Shown: positions 60,015 through 64,000 of the stretch, one piece after another
Numbering within the stretch: the stretch's first letter is position 1
Layout of the letters: every line of letters starts with the position of its first letter
Assembly (NCBI GenBank): GCA_963827655.1
Contig: CAWHCF010000050.1
Span: forward strand, 64,001-128,000
DNA length: 64,000 nucleotides
Source of the DNA: an uncultured Acidobacteriota bacterium
Lineage (GTDB): Bacteria > Acidobacteriota > UBA6911
Reading direction: 5' to 3'
Program-made: the position numbers and the translations under genes
Notes under the pieces: model-generated
Told to the model about the DNA's origin: nothing
The model's database searches: none
What the model saw: the letters and a program-made list of their open reading frames with translations, nothing else

Positions 60015-60108
60015 TTGGAGCAAGCGAAGCAAGCTTCGGCACTCCAAGGGCGCGCCTTTGGAGTGCGCGAGCTTGCTTGCGCCTTGTGCCGCGGCAGCTT
60101 GCTGCCCG
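60015..60108. repeat. REP-like cluster (TTGGAGTGCG / GCACTCCAA family)
   Basis: CGAAGCAAGCTTCGGCACTCCAA...TTGGAGTGCGCGAGCTTGCTTGCG; related hairpins at 60738-60789. Confidence 0.65.
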
Positions 60109-60301
60109 CCCGCGAAATGGCCAGTCTGCAGGCCGAAGCCAAAGGGATCCCGGTTAATTGAAGGCGTTCGCCGAATTTTTTCACAGCTTCTCAGCGTCAG
60201 GGCGGGGTCATCAAGATCTCGCTGACACGAGGCCCAAACGCCGGCACTCCGGCTGTGTCTCACCTTCGGCGCTTCTTAACCGCACGTCCAATCCCGGCCT
60301 T

Positions 60302-60726
60302 AGAAGATGTGAAAAAATTGATCTGTGGCGCGGGTCATCAGACCCGCGCGTTGCGGGCAACTAAGTTCGTACGCGTGCTTTAGATCTCTTTAACGCGATC
60401 CTAATGAATAAGTGGCAGATCGGCTGACGTGAAATGCACGGGTCTAATGAGACTGTTGCAAAGCTCGCCCGGTTCATGTGCGGACGGGCTATCAAGCCCG
60501 TCCGCTCCCGACGGGGCACTACTGAACTTCTAAGGCTTAAGGCATAGCGATTACGTTAGACTTGCGACGGGCCATTGGCTCGTCGCCACAGCGGTGCTCA
60601 AATGAATGTCTGAGCCACACTACCAGGGGAATCGTGAGTTTTGCGACGGTCTCTAATGGCCCGCGCCACAAAAGCCAAAGGCGGCCGGTTGATCGAGAGT
60701 CTTCGCTGAATTTTTTCATAGCTTCT
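60302..60726 (+). mobile_element. Outer MITE-like element with 18-bp TIRs enclosing a REP pair and the inner MITE
   Basis: AGAAGATGTGAAAAAATT / AATTTTTTCATAGCTTCT (16/18 match); similar ends at ~226, ~32785 and ~60174. Confidence 0.65.
60449..60653 (+). mobile_element. MITE, 205 bp, with TIRs and a 4-bp target duplication (TAAT)
   Basis: GAGACTGTTGCAAAGCTC / GAGTTTTGCGACGGTCTC; TAAT at 60445-60448 and 60654-60657; colinear with 36723-36912. Confidence 0.85.
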
Positions 60727-60889
60727 GAGGCCGGGGATGGCGAAGCAAGCTTCGCCAAATTGAGGCGGTAGCAAGCTACCGCACTCCAAGTTCGCGCCTT
60801 ACTCCAAATCATGGAACTCTCAACTTTGTCGTCTCGGCTTGTCCCCGGCAGGGGCGGCTCATGCGCTATACTGTGTGGCGGAGGTCCTC

Positions 60890-62980
60890 ATGAGAATTTC
60901 ATCATCGATGCGCGTGCTGTTCACCGCCTTGCTTGCGATCGCTCCTTTTACTGTTCGCGGCGACGAGGGGATGTGGACGTTCCACAATCCACCGGCCCAG
61001 CAGCTGAAGGAACGTTACGGGTTCAACCTGACCCCGGAATGGCTCGATCAAGTGCGTCTTTCCAGCGTTCGTTTCAACGACGGGGGTTCCGGCTCCTTCG
61101 TAAGCCCGCACGGCCTGGTCCTGACCAACCACCATGTGGCGTTCGGGCAATTGCAGAAGATGTCCACGCCCGAGAAGAACTATGTCCATGATGGCTTCTA
61201 CGCCCGGACCCGCGGGGAGGAGATCAAGTCTCCCGACCTCGAGCTCAACGTCCTGGTCTCGATGGAGGACGTGACTGCGCGCGTTCAGGGCGTGGTCACG
61301 AAACAGATGGCCGACGCCGAGGCCCTGAAGGCAAGGAAGGCGGAGATCGCGAAGATCCAGAAGGAAAGTCTCGATTCCACCGGACTGCGCTCCGACGTGG
61401 TTTCGCTGTACGGCGGCGGCGAGTACTGGCTCTACCGTTACAAGAAGTACACCGATGTACGGCTGGTCTTCGCGCCGGAACAGCAGATTGCCTTCTTCGG
61501 CGGGGACGCCGACAATTTCACCTACCCGCGCTATTGTCTGGATATGGCGCTCTTCCGCGTCTACGAGAACGGCAATCCGGTGGAAAGCAAGCGCTACCTG
61601 AAATGGAACGCCGCCGGCGTCAATGCGGGTGATCTGGTCTTCGTATCCGGCCATCCAGGCTCGACGGAGCGGCTGAAGACCGCCGAGGAGCTCGAGGCTC
61701 AACGCGATCACCACCTCCCGATGATCATGCGAATGCTCAATCGGCGCCTGAACGTCTTGAAGCAATATGGCGCGCGCGGACCCGAACAGGCGCGCCAGGC
61801 CGCGAACCAGTTGTTCTCGATCGAGAACGCGCTGAAGGCTATGAAGGGAGAACACGATGGGCTGCTGAACAAGGGGCTCATGGAGAAGAAGAGGAAGGAA
61901 GACTCCGAATTCCGGGGTCTGGTCTCGAAGAATCAGGAACTCGAGGGCCGTTACGGCAGCGCGTGGGAAGACCTCCGGCTTGCCCAGAAACGGGAGCTGG
62001 AGCGTGCCAAGGAGATGCGCTTCCGAACGCTGCGCGGTTCACGCCTGGCCCCCATGGCCCTCTCGATTGTCCTCTACGTCGAGGAGGTTGGGAAACCTGA
62101 TGGCGAAAGGCTCGAGGGATTTCACGAGTCCGAGCTCGAATCGCTCCGGTTCCGTCTTCTCTCGCCGGCGCCGCTCTATCCCGATCTGGAGATCGCGCTT
62201 CTGGCTGACAGCCTTCAGGAATCGCTCGAGCAACTCGGTCCCGACGACGCCTTCGTCAAGGCTGCCCTTCAAGGGCGCGCTCCGGCCGACGTGGCCAGAG
62301 AGGTAATCGAGGGGACGAAGCTTACCGATCCGGCGTTCCGGAAGAAGCTGATCGAGCAGGGGAAAGCGGCCGTCGCCGAATCGAAGGACCCGGCCGTCGC
62401 GCTGGCCCGCAGGGTCGAACCCGCTGTGCGCGAGATCCGCAAGTGGCACGAGACCCAGGTGGAAAGCCTCACAACCTCGGCGGGCGAAAAACTGGGCAAG
62501 GCGCGGTTTGCAGTCTACGGCAGATCGATCTACCCCGAGGCCACGTTTACGCTGCGGCTGGCATTCGGAACGGTCAAGGGTTATCCGATGAACGGAACCA
62601 TGGCGCCGCCGAAGACGACTTTCTTCGGGCTTTACGACCGGGCGCGCAGCTTCGATCTGAAGCCGCCCTTTGAACTGCCCGAGCGGTACGGCAAGAAGCG
62701 CGAGCGCCTGGACCTGTCCACTGCGTTCAACTTCGTCAGCACGGCGGACATAATCGGAGGCAACTCCGGGTCGCCGGTCATCAATCGGGCGGGCGAAGTC
62801 GTCGGGCTGATTTTCGACGGCAACATGGAAAGCCTGGTAGGGAACTATATTTACTACGAGGAGACGAATCGCGCGATCGCCGTTGACACTGCCGGCATGA
62901 CCGAGGCCCTGAGAAAGTTGTATGGAGCCGACGCGCTGGTGAATGAACTGGCGGGCGAATCCCCGCAAGCTTCGCCGTAG
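60890..62980 (+). CDS. S46 family dipeptidyl peptidase (DPP7-like)
   Basis: Signal peptide then DEGMW, LTNHH, GGNSGSP; FDGN (Gly at the S1 position, as in DPP7 rather than the Arg of DPP11). Confidence 0.92.
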   Translation: MRISSSMRVLFTALLAIAPFTVRGDEGMWTFHNPPAQQLKERYGFNLTPEWLDQVRLSSVRFNDGGSGSFVSPHGLVLTNHHVAFGQLQKMSTPEKNYVHDGFYARTRGEEIKSPDLELNVLVSMEDVTARVQGVVTKQMADAEALKARKAEIAKIQKESLDSTGLRSDVVSLYGGGEYWLYRYKKYTDVRLVFAPEQQIAFFGGDADNFTYPRYCLDMALFRVYENGNPVESKRYLKWNAAGVNAGDLVFVSGHPGSTERLKTAEELEAQRDHHLPMIMRMLNRRLNVLKQYGARGPEQARQAANQLFSIENALKAMKGEHDGLLNKGLMEKKRKEDSEFRGLVSKNQELEGRYGSAWEDLRLAQKRELERAKEMRFRTLRGSRLAPMALSIVLYVEEVGKPDGERLEGFHESELESLRFRLLSPAPLYPDLEIALLADSLQESLEQLGPDDAFVKAALQGRAPADVAREVIEGTKLTDPAFRKKLIEQGKAAVAESKDPAVALARRVEPAVREIRKWHETQVESLTTSAGEKLGKARFAVYGRSIYPEATFTLRLAFGTVKGYPMNGTMAPPKTTFFGLYDRARSFDLKPPFELPERYGKKRERLDLSTAFNFVSTADIIGGNSGSPVINRAGEVVGLIFDGNMESLVGNYIYYEETNRAIAVDTAGMTEALRKLYGADALVNELAGESPQASP

Positions 62981-62981
62981 T

Positions 62982-63040
62982 TGCTTGTGTTTCTTCAGTG
63001 GTCAGAACTGCGGAACAAATACCACAAAGACGCGAAGACA
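62982..63040. repeat. Nonamer-periodic inverted repeat between convergent stop codons
   Basis: TGCTTGTGTTTCTTCAGTGGT...ATACCACAAAGACGCGAAGACA. Confidence 0.6.
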
Positions 63041-63900
63041 CTATTTCACGAATGTTCCCAGGCGGAGATCCAGCAGCGCCTGCTTGATCTCCTCTTCCGT
63101 GTTCATCACGAACGGACCATAGCGCGCAATCGGCTCATGCAGAGGCTTGCCGGAAACCAGCAGAAAGCGAACGCCGCGCTCCGTCGCGCGAACCTGCACT
63201 GAATCCCCGTCGCCAAACACGACCAGTCTGGGCTGGGTAACGGCGCTTCCTGCTTCCGGTCTGTAACACCGAAGATTCCCCCTCCCTCGTAGACGTAGGC
63301 AAAGGCCGTGTGTCCCTGCGGGATCGGATGAGCGAAGGAAACTTCCGCAGGCATTGAAATATCCAGGTAGGTCGGGTCTAACGCGATTTCGCTGACCGGA
63401 CCGTGCGCATCGCCGACCATCCCCGCGATCACTTTGATCTTCACCCCGTCCTTGGCGCTTACTTCTGGAATCTTCCCGGCGGCGTATTCCTGATAGCGCG
63501 GACGGGTCATCTTGAGCCTGGCCGGCAGGTTGACCCACAACTGAAACCCATTCAGTCGTCCTCCGCGCACCTGGGGCATTTCTTCATGCATGATCCCGCT
63601 CCCGGCGGTCATCCATTGAACATCGCCGGCGCCGATGCTGCCCGAATGCCCGATAGAATCCCGGTGATTCACGACGCCCGACAGCATGTAGGTCACGGTC
63701 TCTATGCCGCGGTGAGGATGCATCGGAAATCCCGCGATATAGTCGTCGGGGTTGTCTGAACCGAAATGGTCGAACAACAAGAACGGGTCCAGGTAATTCA
63801 GCGACCGCGTGGCTATGCTTCGTTTCAGCTTCACACCCGCGCCCTCGACTGTAGGCTCGGGATTCACGATTCGCTGCACGTTCCTGGGTTGTAATTCCAT
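63041..63900 (-). CDS. Pirin family protein; frameshift near 63240
   Basis: DPFLLFD, HPHRGIETVTY, WMTAGSGIMHEE, FQLWVNLP; C-terminal EPIARYGPFVMN in another frame. Confidence 0.92.
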
Positions 63901-64000
63901 ATTCCCTCCCGCATCGTGGCAATGCCTCAACTAAGGGTCAAAATACTGGCGAGAGATTGGCGAAGTCAAACAAAGAAAGGACGCCACGGTTCTCCGCGAC

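Overview
GC-rich bacterial chromosomal segment. Gene content suggests Acidobacteriota: two Oar-type TonB-dependent receptors, two PSD1/planctomycete-cytochrome-c + DUF1501 pairs, and Tat-exported enzymes. It is a mosaic of unrelated accessory and metabolic genes: peptidases/hydrolases, transporters, a Reg_prop/Y_Y_Y two-component system, selD, an ECF sigma/anti-sigma pair, NHEJ ligase and polymerase modules, vapBC, a SNF2 helicase and pirin. Intergenic DNA is rich in short repeat families. Seven genes are broken by single-base frameshifts, probably sequencing errors. Best candidates for new biology: (1) a translationally coupled Rad50/SMC-like zinc-hook ABC ATPase plus stand-alone HEPN-like protein at 13.5-16.3 kb, resembling a split RloC-type defence/anticodon-nuclease system; (2) a ~200-bp MITE that inserts into the 4-nt loop of REP-like hairpins, duplicates that loop, and nests inside a second TIR element; (3) a divergent cyanuric-acid-hydrolase/barbiturase-family enzyme with remodelled active-site motifs, paired with a ureidoglycolate-lyase-like gene. 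No rRNA, tRNA, CRISPR array or intact transposase was recognised. All family assignments come from motif recognition by eye, not database searches.
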